From a virus, in the UHGV virus genome UHGV-1376262: a stretch of DNA of 58,366 nucleotides. One strand, written 5' to 3'. The notes under the pieces are model-generated. The model was not told where the DNA came from, ran no database searches, and worked only from the letters and a program-made list of their open reading frames with translations. Positions 46,322 to 53,498 of the stretch are shown piece after piece; positions within the stretch are counted from its first letter, which is position 1, and every line of letters begins with the position of its first letter. Position numbers and translations under genes: made by a program.

Positions 46322-46573
46322 ATGTTTTGGAGAAAGCCCGATCCATTAGATACTGAGTATGAGTTACTAAAGGAGAACATTAAGCTTAAAGAACAAGTTA
46401 TGGAGTTGAATAGAGCCTTGGAAGCTGAGGCAGAGATTTCAAGAACCCATTGCGAAACGATTAGTTATTACGAGAATGCTCACATGCTTCTATTAGCCGA
46501 TGTAGTAAGCTTACGTATGGAGAATGATGAGTTAAGAAAGGAGCGGTCAAATGTTTTGGAAGAAGTCGAATAA
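46322..46573 (+). CDS. Hypothetical coiled-coil protein.
   Basis: ORF track. Confidence 0.45.
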   Translation: MFWRKPDPLDTEYELLKENIKLKEQVMELNRALEAEAEISRTHCETISYYENAHMLLLADVVSLRMENDELRKERSNVLEEVE

Positions 46574-46856
46574 GCGTTCGGAGCAGATTGAGAAGCTTGA
46601 AGCAAAGCTTAGAGAAGAGGTTTATTACAAAGAGTTCTATAGAAACCGTTTAGACGTGGAGGAACACGTTAAAGAAACACTAATGAACAAGCTGGATAAA
46701 GTAACTCTTATGGCTTATGATAGAATGGAAGAGATAGAGCGCCTTAATAAGCATATTAAAGAGGCAGAACACACTATCAGCACCTATGACTTCATGATAG
46801 ATGAGCTTTTGGCAAAGGTTGAGAGACTTAAACGATCCGCAGGGGAGGACTATTAG
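46551..46856 (+). CDS. Hypothetical coiled-coil protein.
   Basis: ORF track. Overlaps the previous gene by 23 nt. Confidence 0.45.
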   Translation: MFWKKSNKRSEQIEKLEAKLREEVYYKEFYRNRLDVEEHVKETLMNKLDKVTLMAYDRMEEIERLNKHIKEAEHTISTYDFMIDELLAKVERLKRSAGEDY

Positions 46857-46857
46857 A

Positions 46858-47067
46858 ATGAATAAGAAAGCTTTTGCCATCGCAGTGGCTTATGTAGCCG
46901 TTGGAGTAATCGCTAGTACAGCTATTTTAACAACGCTTCAATTAATGTGGGGATCAGGAGGCTTAAAGACAGCTTTGAGAATGGGTATAGCAGTTGGCAT
47001 AGGGAATGCTTTGGGAGTGTCTTCAAGAAAGCTTTACTGGCAACTAGAAGAGCGATACAATAAATAG
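46858..47067 (+). CDS. Small two-transmembrane membrane protein. Start refined to MNKKAF.
   Basis: ORF track 46801..47067. RBS GGGGAGG before 46858. Confidence 0.45.
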   Translation: MNKKAFAIAVAYVAVGVIASTAILTTLQLMWGSGGLKTALRMGIAVGIGNALGVSSRKLYWQLEERYNK

Positions 47068-47074
47068 ACAGGGC

Positions 47075-47096
47075 GCCTTGACAGGGCGTCTTTTTT
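47075..47096 (+). terminator. Weak putative terminator.
   Basis: gggCGCCttgacagGGCGtctttttt. Only a 4 bp stem, so confidence is low. Confidence 0.3.
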
Positions 47097-47279
47097 GTGC
47101 TACAATTAAGAAAACTAAAATAGGAGACGTGAGAAGCTTGATCAAACAGATTAAAAGAATGCTTGGCAAAATGCTTAGCTCAAATGATTTAGTTACAGCT
47201 TAATAAGAGGCGCCATGTTTTGTTGTTGATGGAGTGTATAAAGCTTTATCTCAACAGGTTGGAGGGATAGGCTGCCGAA

Positions 47280-47600
47280 GACGTTTGCCGATCGCTTTGC
47301 CAAACGCTTTATAGGAGATTTTCAGAAAAAATAAATCGCAACGCCTATAATACCGTTTTGGCAAAAACTTTGAGAGGTCAATAGTCGGCGCCGCCCCCTC
47401 AAAATTTTTTGAGACCCCCTGCCCTTCCCAAGGCATGCCACCGCCTTCGCCAAGCGTTTGCGATTCGCTTCGAGTTTCGCTCCCAAGCGTTGCCGATTCG
47501 CTTCGAGTTTGCGTTCGCCGAGTGCTTCGCCGAGTGCTTCGAGCGTTTGCCAAAGGCTTTGCGAGTTGCTTCATCGATTCCACAATTCCACAAGCTCAAT
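47280..47600. repeat. GC-rich tandem/direct repeat island.
   Basis: A 33-nt unit CAAGCGTT(T)GC(C)GATTCGCTTCGAGTTT... occurs twice. A 12-nt unit GCCGAGTGCTTC occurs twice. A TTTGCCAAAGGCTTTGCGAG-like motif occurs three times. The ORFs called here translate as low-complexity sequence. Confidence 0.6.
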
Positions 47601-47699
47601 CTACTTTGGATAATACGTATTATGTTAACTAGCCGATTACATGGCTTTCTATAATGCCGTTTCTTTACATGTTTGCACGTGCTTCACTGTTAAGCTTAT

Positions 47700-47800
47700 C
47701 TCAAAGCCTCTCACAGACTCACTCACAACACACACCGAAGCAGTCACAACCTCACTCACATCAGCACTCACGACACCTAACACCATACAAGCCACTGAGA
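47700..47800. other. Strand-asymmetric A+C-only tract containing CTCACTCACA-type repeats.
   Basis: ctcacagactcactcacaacacacaccgaagcagtcacaacctcactcacatcagcactcacgacacc is almost free of T and G. Confidence 0.55.
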
Positions 47801-48147
47801 AGCGATTGACAAGGCTTTAAACTCTCCATTACATTTCATATTAAAGCGTTCCGAATAGCGTTCTAAGAACGGATAACGGCGCCTGTATAAACGCCCTCAA
47901 GAAAGGGGCTTCCGAAACATAGACACCCATTAGAAAAATGATTCCAAAAATACGCCATTGCCTTTTATAAAATCCCTAGAATATCGCTATCCTTTCACGT
48001 TTAGAAAATCATTGCAAACACCTTTCTTTCTTGATGGATTGCAATAAGTTTTCAAGGCTTACTATTATCTTTTTAGAATGGTTGTTCATGGATTCCATGA
48101 AAGCATTGCACTAACTTTCAAAAGTTCGATCGAACTTTCATTTAAAA

Positions 48148-48175
48148 GCAAAAAAAGAAACGCTTTTCAGCGTTC
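48148..48175 (-). terminator. Rho-independent terminator for the early battery.
   Basis: Reverse complement AACGCTgaaaAGCGTT followed by TCTTTTTTTGCTTTT. Confidence 0.55.
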
Positions 48176-48520
48176 CTACTTAAAAATCTTATTGTATTCT
48201 TTTGTTAATTCCTTGTCGCTTTGCTCGTTACGTTCCTGAAAAATAAGTTTCATTGTTGCGGGTACTTCTTTCATAGCTTTTTTAACAGTCCAATATTGAC
48301 GAGCTAGCAAAATGTCTTTTGTATTACTTTCTTCTTCCGTTTTATTTAAGCTTTTTTCTAGTGCTTCGATTCGCTCATTGTTAGAAACATTTTTATAATT
48401 TTCTTGTGAAAGTTTTAAAGTAGTAAATCCAAGCGCCGTTGCTAGAATGATAACCAAAGCTGTTAATAAAGCGATAATGTTTTTTTGTCCTTTTAAAGTT
48501 CCGTTGTTTTCTTTTCTCAT
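48176..48520 (-). CDS. Early protein with an N-terminal transmembrane helix and a C-terminal coiled coil.
   Basis: ORF track. Confidence 0.5.
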   Translation of the reverse strand: MRKENNGTLKGQKNIIALLTALVIILATALGFTTLKLSQENYKNVSNNERIEALEKSLNKTEEESNTKDILLARQYWTVKKAMKEVPATMKLIFQERNEQSDKELTKEYNKIFK

Positions 48521-48567
48521 TTTTAAAAACCTCTTTCAAAATTTATTTTTTTATGTTTTCTATGTTT

Positions 48568-48702
48568 TTATTCTTCGATTAAATATTCTAGTTCTTGTAT
48601 AGCTTTTTCGATACCTTGGTAAACTTCTTCCGAATAGTCTTCAATCATCATTAAATCTTTTTGAGTTCTTTCAAGTTGTTTCAAAATTTCTTCATAATTC
48701 AT
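48568..48702 (-). CDS. 44-aa acidic early mini-protein (MNYEEILKQLERTQKDLMMIEDYSEEVYQGIEKAIQELEYLIEE).
   Basis: GGAGG RBS. Lies directly downstream of the promoter at 48740..48782. Below the ORF-track size cutoff. Confidence 0.45.
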   Translation of the reverse strand: MNYEEILKQLERTQKDLMMIEDYSEEVYQGIEKAIQELEYLIEE

Positions 48703-48739
48703 TTTTAAAATTCCTCCCGAGTTGTTTTATTATACTTTT

Positions 48740-48782
48740 ATTATAATGCTTGTAAATGTTTTTGTCAATAACTTTTTAAAAT
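48740..48782 (-). promoter_or_regulatory. Early promoter: AATTTTAAAAAGTTATTGACA, 17 nt spacer, TATAAT.
   Basis: Reverse complement is an exact consensus. Confidence 0.65.
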
Positions 48783-49000
48783 TCTAATGTGTCGATAGTG
48801 TTTGAAAAAACTTCCTCTATTTCTTCCGCTTCCTTTTCTGTGATAGCACCAATGTCTTGTAAATCGTTGAAAAGGTCGACTAGTGTATTGCTTACACCTG
48901 CTGTATAGTCGGCTAGCTCCTCTTTCGTCCAACCGTTCTCCTTACGTTCTAAGATACCTTTGTAACCGTCATTAAGTTGTTTGATGATAATTTTTTTCAT
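48776..49000 (-). CDS. Early small acidic protein. Start refined to MKKIIIKQ.
   Basis: ORF track 48776..49042. The track's N-terminal extension translates the promoter. Confidence 0.5.
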   Translation of the reverse strand: MKKIIIKQLNDGYKGILERKENGWTKEELADYTAGVSNTLVDLFNDLQDIGAITEKEAEEIEEVFSNTIDTLEF

Positions 49001-49032
49001 TTTCTTTCTTCCTCCCTTTTCCTTATGCCTTA

Positions 49033-49075
49033 ATAATAGCATGTTATAATAAACTTGTCAAGTATTTTTATAAAT
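49033..49075 (-). promoter_or_regulatory. Early promoter: TTGACA, 17 nt spacer, TATTAT.
   Basis: Reverse complement reads aaaatacTTGACAagtttattataacatgcTATTAT. Confidence 0.6.
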
Positions 49076-49085
49076 ATTTTTTTGA

Positions 49086-49307
49086 TTATCTCCCAACCCT
49101 TGTGTATAGCCAATCAAAAAGGTTTATATTTTCCGTAGTGTATTCATCTTTACCAATTAAAATACCTAGTAAAGTATATTCACCGAGCGCCCCCATTCGC
49201 ATATTTTTATTTTTAAAGCGATTTTCTAATTCCTCCATACTCTTAAAAGAATATTTTTCAATTGGTGAGTTTTCAAAATAATTTTCGGTAACTAGTAACG
49301 AAACCAT
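49086..49307 (-). CDS. Early small protein.
   Basis: ORF track. Confidence 0.5.
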   Translation of the reverse strand: MVSLLVTENYFENSPIEKYSFKSMEELENRFKNKNMRMGALGEYTLLGILIGKDEYTTENINLFDWLYTRVGR

Positions 49308-49334
49308 TTTACACCTCTTTCCTTATGGATTAAT

Positions 49335-49372
49335 AATAGCATAGAAAGGGGCTTTTTACAACCCCTTTTTAT
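49335..49372 (-). promoter_or_regulatory. Hairpin-embedded early promoter (TTGTAA, 17 nt spacer, TATTAT) that doubles as the terminator of 49380..49589.
   Basis: Reverse complement aaaaaGGGGttgtaaaaaGCCCCtttctatgcTATTAT. Confidence 0.45.
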
Positions 49373-49379
49373 AACTTTT

Positions 49380-49589
49380 TTAATATTCTAAAATATAACT
49401 TTCTTGTTGCCTTGTCGATCGATTCCAATAAGAAACTTCTAACGCTATGTTATCCCACTCAAAAACTTCGATAGTTTTCTTGTCTGTTCCCTTAAGCTTT
49501 CTCAAAACATAGTTTTCAGCTTCTTCGGAAGTGTGGAAAAGCTTTAAACATCTGTCCGAATTTTCTTTATAAACCTTAACAATAAACAT
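49380..49589 (-). CDS. Early small protein.
   Basis: ORF track. Confidence 0.5.
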   Translation of the reverse strand: MFIVKVYKENSDRCLKLFHTSEEAENYVLRKLKGTDKKTIEVFEWDNIALEVSYWNRSTRQQESYILEY

Positions 49590-50010
49590 TTGAAAATTCC
49601 TCCTTTAAACGTTTTACAATAGCTTTATTATATTCTTCTTCGGCTTGCTCGTTCCATAAGATAGTATTTCCGAAAAAGTCTTCGGAAACTTCTTCCAATA
49701 CGCGGTTAAACTCAAGTGTTTCATTTAAAAATTTATCTCCGATAATATAATAAAGCATATCAGCAACCGCCGAAGCGTTCCCGAGGTCAGTTAAAACCTC
49801 TCCAAAGTTGTCTTTTTCATATTCTTGGATTTCTCCGAGGGCATTAAAAACGCCGTATTCTTCCAAGTCTTTAATGTCAGCATTTACGCCATAGTTAAAA
49901 ATTTCACTGTGTAAGTCGCTGTAGTAGCCAGTATACCCATTTTCCAAAACTTCCATAATTTCATCAAAAAATCCTTTTTCGTCTAAAAATACATTACTTT
50001 CTTTTGTCAT
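49576..50010 (-). CDS. Early acidic protein.
   Basis: ORF track. Confidence 0.5.
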   Translation of the reverse strand: MTKESNVFLDEKGFFDEIMEVLENGYTGYYSDLHSEIFNYGVNADIKDLEEYGVFNALGEIQEYEKDNFGEVLTDLGNASAVADMLYYIIGDKFLNETLEFNRVLEEVSEDFFGNTILWNEQAEEEYNKAIVKRLKEEFSNVYC

Positions 50011-50044
50011 GTTAAAACGCCTCTTTCTTTTATTTTATGTGTTT

Positions 50045-50092
50045 ATTATAATGCTTTTTTAAATGCTTGTCAATAACTTTTTATAAATTTTT
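50045..50092 (-). promoter_or_regulatory. Early promoter: TTGACA, 17 nt spacer, TATAAT, with the AAAAAGTTATTGACA upstream element.
   Basis: tgtcaa at 50068-50073 and attata at 50045-50050 on the plus strand. Confidence 0.6.
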
Positions 50093-50377
50093 CTATTCCT
50101 CGTCATCATCGTTCCAATTGGAATTTTTTCGCCCTAAGCGTTGGTAAACAACTTCCAGAACCTCATTAGAAAAACCTTCTTCATATTCATCGCCGATTTT
50201 AATCGCTTCTAATGCTTCTTTTTGCTTTTCGGTTGCTTTAATAATATAAGTTTTTCTTTTATTGATTTTTTTAAAAGCTTTTTCACATGCCACCTTGTTT
50301 TTTACTCTTAAAATAAAGTCAATTGTGTATGCTATGCTTGCTAGAAAAACCCCTAAATAAAATATGTTTAAAACCAT
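50093..50377 (-). CDS. Early protein with an N-terminal transmembrane helix.
   Basis: ORF track. Confidence 0.5.
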   Translation of the reverse strand: MVLNIFYLGVFLASIAYTIDFILRVKNKVACEKAFKKINKRKTYIIKATEKQKEALEAIKIGDEYEEGFSNEVLEVVYQRLGRKNSNWNDDDEE

Positions 50378-50397
50378 TTGTTGACCTCCTTAAGCCC

Positions 50398-50440
50398 ATA
50401 TTATCATGTTATAATAAACTTGTCAATTACTTTTTATCAT
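50398..50440 (-). promoter_or_regulatory. Early promoter: TTGACA, 17 nt spacer, TAATAT.
   Basis: tgtcaa at 50421-50426. Confidence 0.55.
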
Positions 50441-50804
50441 TTTTTGGCATTCCATACATTAGAAAATGATGGATATTTCTAAAATCATTTTCAACGCTTA
50501 ATAAATCCATTCCGTGTTTATTGAAAAGGTTTAAAGTCTTTTCATAAGTTGCAAAAAATCTTTTATCCGTTGGTTTGCAAAAATTTTCTAAGTTGTTTAG
50601 TGTGCCATTTGAAATAACCATGCTTCTTTTTGAGTTATTAAGCGTTGCAAAAATACGTTTGCAACTTTTTAAAACGCTGTCCAATTGCCTTGTGTCGATC
50701 GATGAAAGGTTTTCTTTAGCTTTTAAGGCTTTCAACTCCCTTTTAAGGTCTGCATTTTCTTTTCTTAATTGTTCCGCTTCATACATCGATAAAACCACTA
50801 ACAA
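50427..50804 (-). CDS. Early coiled-coil protein.
   Basis: ORF track. Confidence 0.5.
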   Translation of the reverse strand: MLVVLSMYEAEQLRKENADLKRELKALKAKENLSSIDTRQLDSVLKSCKRIFATLNNSKRSMVISNGTLNNLENFCKPTDKRFFATYEKTLNLFNKHGMDLLSVENDFRNIHHFLMYGMPKNDKK

Positions 50805-51088
50805 CCGCCCTCTCTCACTTCTTTAATAATTTCATTAAGTAAAACATTTTTAAAAATTCCTTTTTCTGTCTCTTTATAAAGAATATCAGAACTAGAGTAG
50901 CTCGCTTTTAATGTCAATTCTTCTAATGCTCGCAGTGGGAAAAATTTTCCCACAACGCCACAAGAAAGCCAGCTAGAAACGCCCTTATTTTTATAAAAAG
51001 GGTCTTTTTCCATATAATTAATAAAGCCTTCCACATCGCAAACAAATTTAATGGATTCTTTTAAGATTCTTCTTTTTCCATGTGCCAT
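50798..51088 (-). CDS. Early protein.
   Basis: ORF track. Confidence 0.5.
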   Translation of the reverse strand: MAHGKRRILKESIKFVCDVEGFINYMEKDPFYKNKGVSSWLSCGVVGKFFPLRALEELTLKASYSSSDILYKETEKGIFKNVLLNEIIKEVREGGC

Positions 51089-51180
51089 TTTTTATCCTTC
51101 TTTCTAAAAATTTTCGTCCGTTGCTGCATATGCCACTAAATACCCTACAATGCCTAAAACAATCAATTCTAAAATCATTT

Positions 51181-51411
51181 TTAAAACACCTCGTGTCCAT
51201 CGTTTTCTAAGTCGTCTACCAAATCAAACCACACATAATCATTTAAATCGGTGCTTTCAATATAATCGCCCAATCTTTCAAAAATCATTTGCTCAGCTTC
51301 TTCGGTCAGCCCTGCTTCTTCGATAGCTTGCCAACTGTCAATAGCGCCCGCCCAAAAATTAAAATTGCTCAATCCTTCGTATAACTTTTCCTCTGTAATT
51401 GTAAAATCCAT
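51181..51411 (-). CDS. Early, strongly acidic 76-aa protein; candidate DNA mimic.
   Basis: About 22 Asp/Glu against about 3 Lys/Arg. Confidence 0.5.
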   Translation of the reverse strand: MDFTITEEKLYEGLSNFNFWAGAIDSWQAIEEAGLTEEAEQMIFERLGDYIESTDLNDYVWFDLVDDLENDGHEVF

Positions 51412-51499
51412 TTTTTATCCTTCTTTCATATATTTTTAGTAGGCAGTTTATAAAGGAAGTACCTAGCCTTTTTTATGGTCGCTTGTTTCTTACAAGATT

Positions 51500-51545
51500 A
51501 ATATAACACTTTCAAAAATGATTGTCAACACTTTTTTAAAATTTA
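51500..51545 (-). promoter_or_regulatory. Early promoter: AAAAAGTGTTGACA, 17 nt spacer, TATATT.
   Basis: tgtcaa at 51523-51528. Confidence 0.55.
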
Positions 51546-51908
51546 TCTGTAGAAATATAATTCTTCATCAATTGCTAGTATTTCATGGCTTTCGAAAAAT
51601 GTTTCTATTAAATAATCGGGTGTGTTTAGTGCTTCTTCTTCATCGTTCCATAAATAGTCCATAATATCAAAATCTAAGATGGCGCCCCAAGCGCTTTGCC
51701 AAATGTTTTCAGTGGTTAGCTCTAGTGGTGAAATATTTCCAGATGTGGCATTTCCATAAAAGATTGAAAAATTGTTTATTTCATTTGTTTCTAGGTAGTC
51801 CGCTTTTTCGTCTTCTTCGTAAATATCTAAGCTTTTCCAGAACTGTTCCCAATCCTTAAAATATGTCACGTTGTTTCTTATGATTATTTCTTTTTCTATC
51901 AATTCCAT
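51543..51908 (-). CDS. Early, strongly acidic 121-aa protein.
   Basis: ORF track. Rich in Glu, Asp and aromatic residues. Confidence 0.5.
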   Translation of the reverse strand: MELIEKEIIIRNNVTYFKDWEQFWKSLDIYEEDEKADYLETNEINNFSIFYGNATSGNISPLELTTENIWQSAWGAILDFDIMDYLWNDEEEALNTPDYLIETFFESHEILAIDEELYFYR

Positions 51909-51934
51909 TTTTTAAACCTCTTTTCTTTTTGGTA

Positions 51935-51982
51935 TGTCCTTAATATAATACTTTTTAAATCCTTGTCAATAACTTTTTAAAT
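51935..51982 (-). promoter_or_regulatory. Early promoter: AAAAAGTTATTGACA, then TATATT.
   Basis: tgtcaa at 51964-51969. Confidence 0.55.
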
Positions 51983-52204
51983 TACTTTCCAACTATTTTC
52001 AATTAATAATTCGATATTAAGGTTTTGTAAGTCTGAGAATAGAAGCCCTAGCTCATACTTTTCTATTTCTTCTTCATTGTCTGCCACGTCGTCAATATCA
52101 ATCAAAAAGTCTTTTCCAGATTCCTTTTCAATAACATGGTAGTTCATATCCCACTCATTTAATGGACTTTTAACAATGTATAATTCATTTTCTGCAATAA
52201 TCAT
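51977..52204 (-). CDS. Early acidic 75-aa protein.
   Basis: ORF track. Confidence 0.5.
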   Translation of the reverse strand: MIIAENELYIVKSPLNEWDMNYHVIEKESGKDFLIDIDDVADNEEEIEKYELGLLFSDLQNLNIELLIENSWKVI

Positions 52205-52254
52205 TTTTTAAACCTCTTTCTTAAATTTATTTTTGTAACTCGTTGCTACGTCTT

Positions 52255-52312
52255 TAATATATCACTTTCAAAATTGCCTGTCAATAACTTTTTTACAACT
52301 TTTTAAAATTCC
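52255..52312 (-). promoter_or_regulatory. Early promoter: AATTTTAAAAAGTTGTAAAAAAGTTATTGACA, 17 nt spacer, TATATT.
   Basis: tgtcaa at 52279-52284. The upstream element is duplicated. Confidence 0.55.
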
Positions 52313-52596
52313 ATTGAAAGGCGATATGCACGACTTCCGTTTTCTTTTATAGTAATGGCTTCGAAGCCCTCACTTTTTAGGTAGCATTCTAGTTGCTTTC
52401 TTACAATCTCACAATAATCTAAACTAGCATTATTAAAAATGTTTCTTTCGTAAATAAAGAACTTTTCTAATTGTGTAAAATGTGCTTTCCGAGAAAACTC
52501 TTTTTCGATGTACTCACAAACTAGTTTCTTTTTAGTGTCGGTTAATGCTCCCTCTAATTTACTGTTAATTAATTTTTCTCTTAATGTTTTTGTCAT
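52303..52596 (-). CDS. Early protein. Start refined to MTKTLREKL.
   Basis: ORF track 52303..52650. RBS AGAGGAAG. Confidence 0.5.
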   Translation of the reverse strand: MTKTLREKLINSKLEGALTDTKKKLVCEYIEKEFSRKAHFTQLEKFFIYERNIFNNASLDYCEIVRKQLECYLKSEGFEAITIKENGSRAYRLSMEF

Positions 52597-52629
52597 GTTG
52601 TTTCTTCCTCTCTTTTCTTGATGGCTTAA

Positions 52630-52685
52630 TAATAACATGCTCAAAAACACCTGTCAACAATAAAATACAACTTTTAAAAAATTCT
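52630..52685 (-). promoter_or_regulatory. Early promoter: TTGACA, 17 nt spacer, TATTAT.
   Basis: Reverse complement reads ttattgTTGACAggtgtttttgagcatgtTATTAT. Confidence 0.55.
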
Positions 52686-52844
52686 TTTTACACTTTTTAG
52701 GTGCATTATATAGAAGAAACACGAAAAAAGTTTTTTCGATTGGATTTTAAAAAAGAGTTTAGCTTAATTAGAATTGATCTAAAGTAGGTTTGAAAAACTT
52801 TTGATTTCCTCGTGTAACGTTTTACGTTAAATCTTCTAAAAACT

Positions 52845-53020
52845 GGGGGGGGGTAGTATAGTAGGGTACTGTAGTAGGTATGGTAAGGTGTACTATAGTA
52901 GCATATAGTAAGGCATGTACATAAGCATATAGCAAAAGCAATATAGAAATGTGTTGTGCATGCTGTATAAGAGGCATGTATGATCGCAGCATATGTAAAA
53001 GGCGTGAAAAAGGCGAAGGC
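52845..53020. repeat. A run of nine G followed by a degenerate GTA/TAGTA microsatellite. The plus strand here is C-poor.
   Basis: ggggggggg at 52845..52853, then tagtatagtagggtactgtagtaggtatggtaaggtgtactatagtagcatatagtaaggcatgtacataagcatatag... Confidence 0.6.
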
Positions 53021-53149
53021 AGCAATTTTTTGCGGTGTTTTTGGCTGCTTTGGTGGTAAGTTATGCAACAAGCTAACTGAAAAGCGCTCAGAATGCTCCT
53101 GTGACACACTCCATAACGGATTATAGCGCTATAATTAGCTGATAATCAG

Positions 53150-53340
53150 CGCTTCTTGAAAAAATTTTAAAAATATTTAGGAAAAATTTTTTGAAAATTA
53201 TCAGCTTTGGAAAAAATTTTTTAAAAATTTAGGGCTGGCTTTTAGAAAAAAGATTTTAAAAATATTAAAAAGACGTTCACAGGTTCTTTATAGAATGCCT
53301 GCAAACGCCTTGTTAACGTAGAAAATAAGAGTTAGAAAAA
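53150..53340. repeat. Five phased direct repeats of the form GAAAAAATTTTTTAAAAAT(T)TAG, i.e. A-tract/T-tract units.
   Basis: Copies at about 53157, 53180, 53208, 53244 and 53334, spaced roughly 25-35 nt apart. Confidence 0.55.
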
Positions 53341-53344
53341 TCTT

Positions 53345-53497
53345 TTAAAAATCGTCCCAATGATCGTTACTGCAATCATCTTCTGGAAAATCTTTTTCAG
53401 ATTTGCTTTGAGTGAACTTTCGTAATAGCAGGAATGCCACTACCCCAAAGCTGAACATAAAGAGTAATAAAAGTATCTTTGAAATGAAGAAAGCCAT
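53345..53497 (-). CDS. Small membrane protein, partner of the SPFH protein. Start refined to MAFFISKIL.
   Basis: ORF track 53345..53533. One hydrophobic helix and an acidic C-terminus. Its start overlaps the stop of the SPFH gene. Confidence 0.45.
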   Translation of the reverse strand: MAFFISKILLLLFMFSFGVVAFLLLRKFTQSKSEKDFPEDDCSNDHWDDF

Positions 53498-53498
53498 T

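Noticed and set aside
47451-47540. Possible CRISPR array, given the tandem direct repeats.
   Set aside because: The repeats are directly adjacent with no spacers, there are only two copies each of two different units, and there are no cas genes. It is not a CRISPR array.
47251-47654. Four overlapping ORFs on both strands across the GC-rich repeats.
   Set aside because: Low-complexity Arg/Ser/Thr translations that exist in every frame because of the repeats. There are no RBSs. I treat the region as non-coding repeat DNA.
47590-47700. Possible promoter hexamers (TTTACA...; TATAAT at 47651).
   Set aside because: Spacing is poor (20 nt and 7 nt) and there is no downstream gene, so this is probably chance.
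48776-52650. N-terminal extensions in the ORF track for early genes, for example MLLLRHKEKGGRKK and MFLSMLLLSHQEKRGRNN.
   Set aside because: These residues are translations of the conserved promoter -10/discriminator region (...catgttattattaag...). The real starts are the downstream ATGs with RBSs, as refined in the features.
52706-53109. Two overlapping minus-strand ORFs of 133 and 95 aa.
   Set aside because: They translate the C9/TAC microsatellite (YYSTLLYYPPP...), which is an artefact of repeat DNA.
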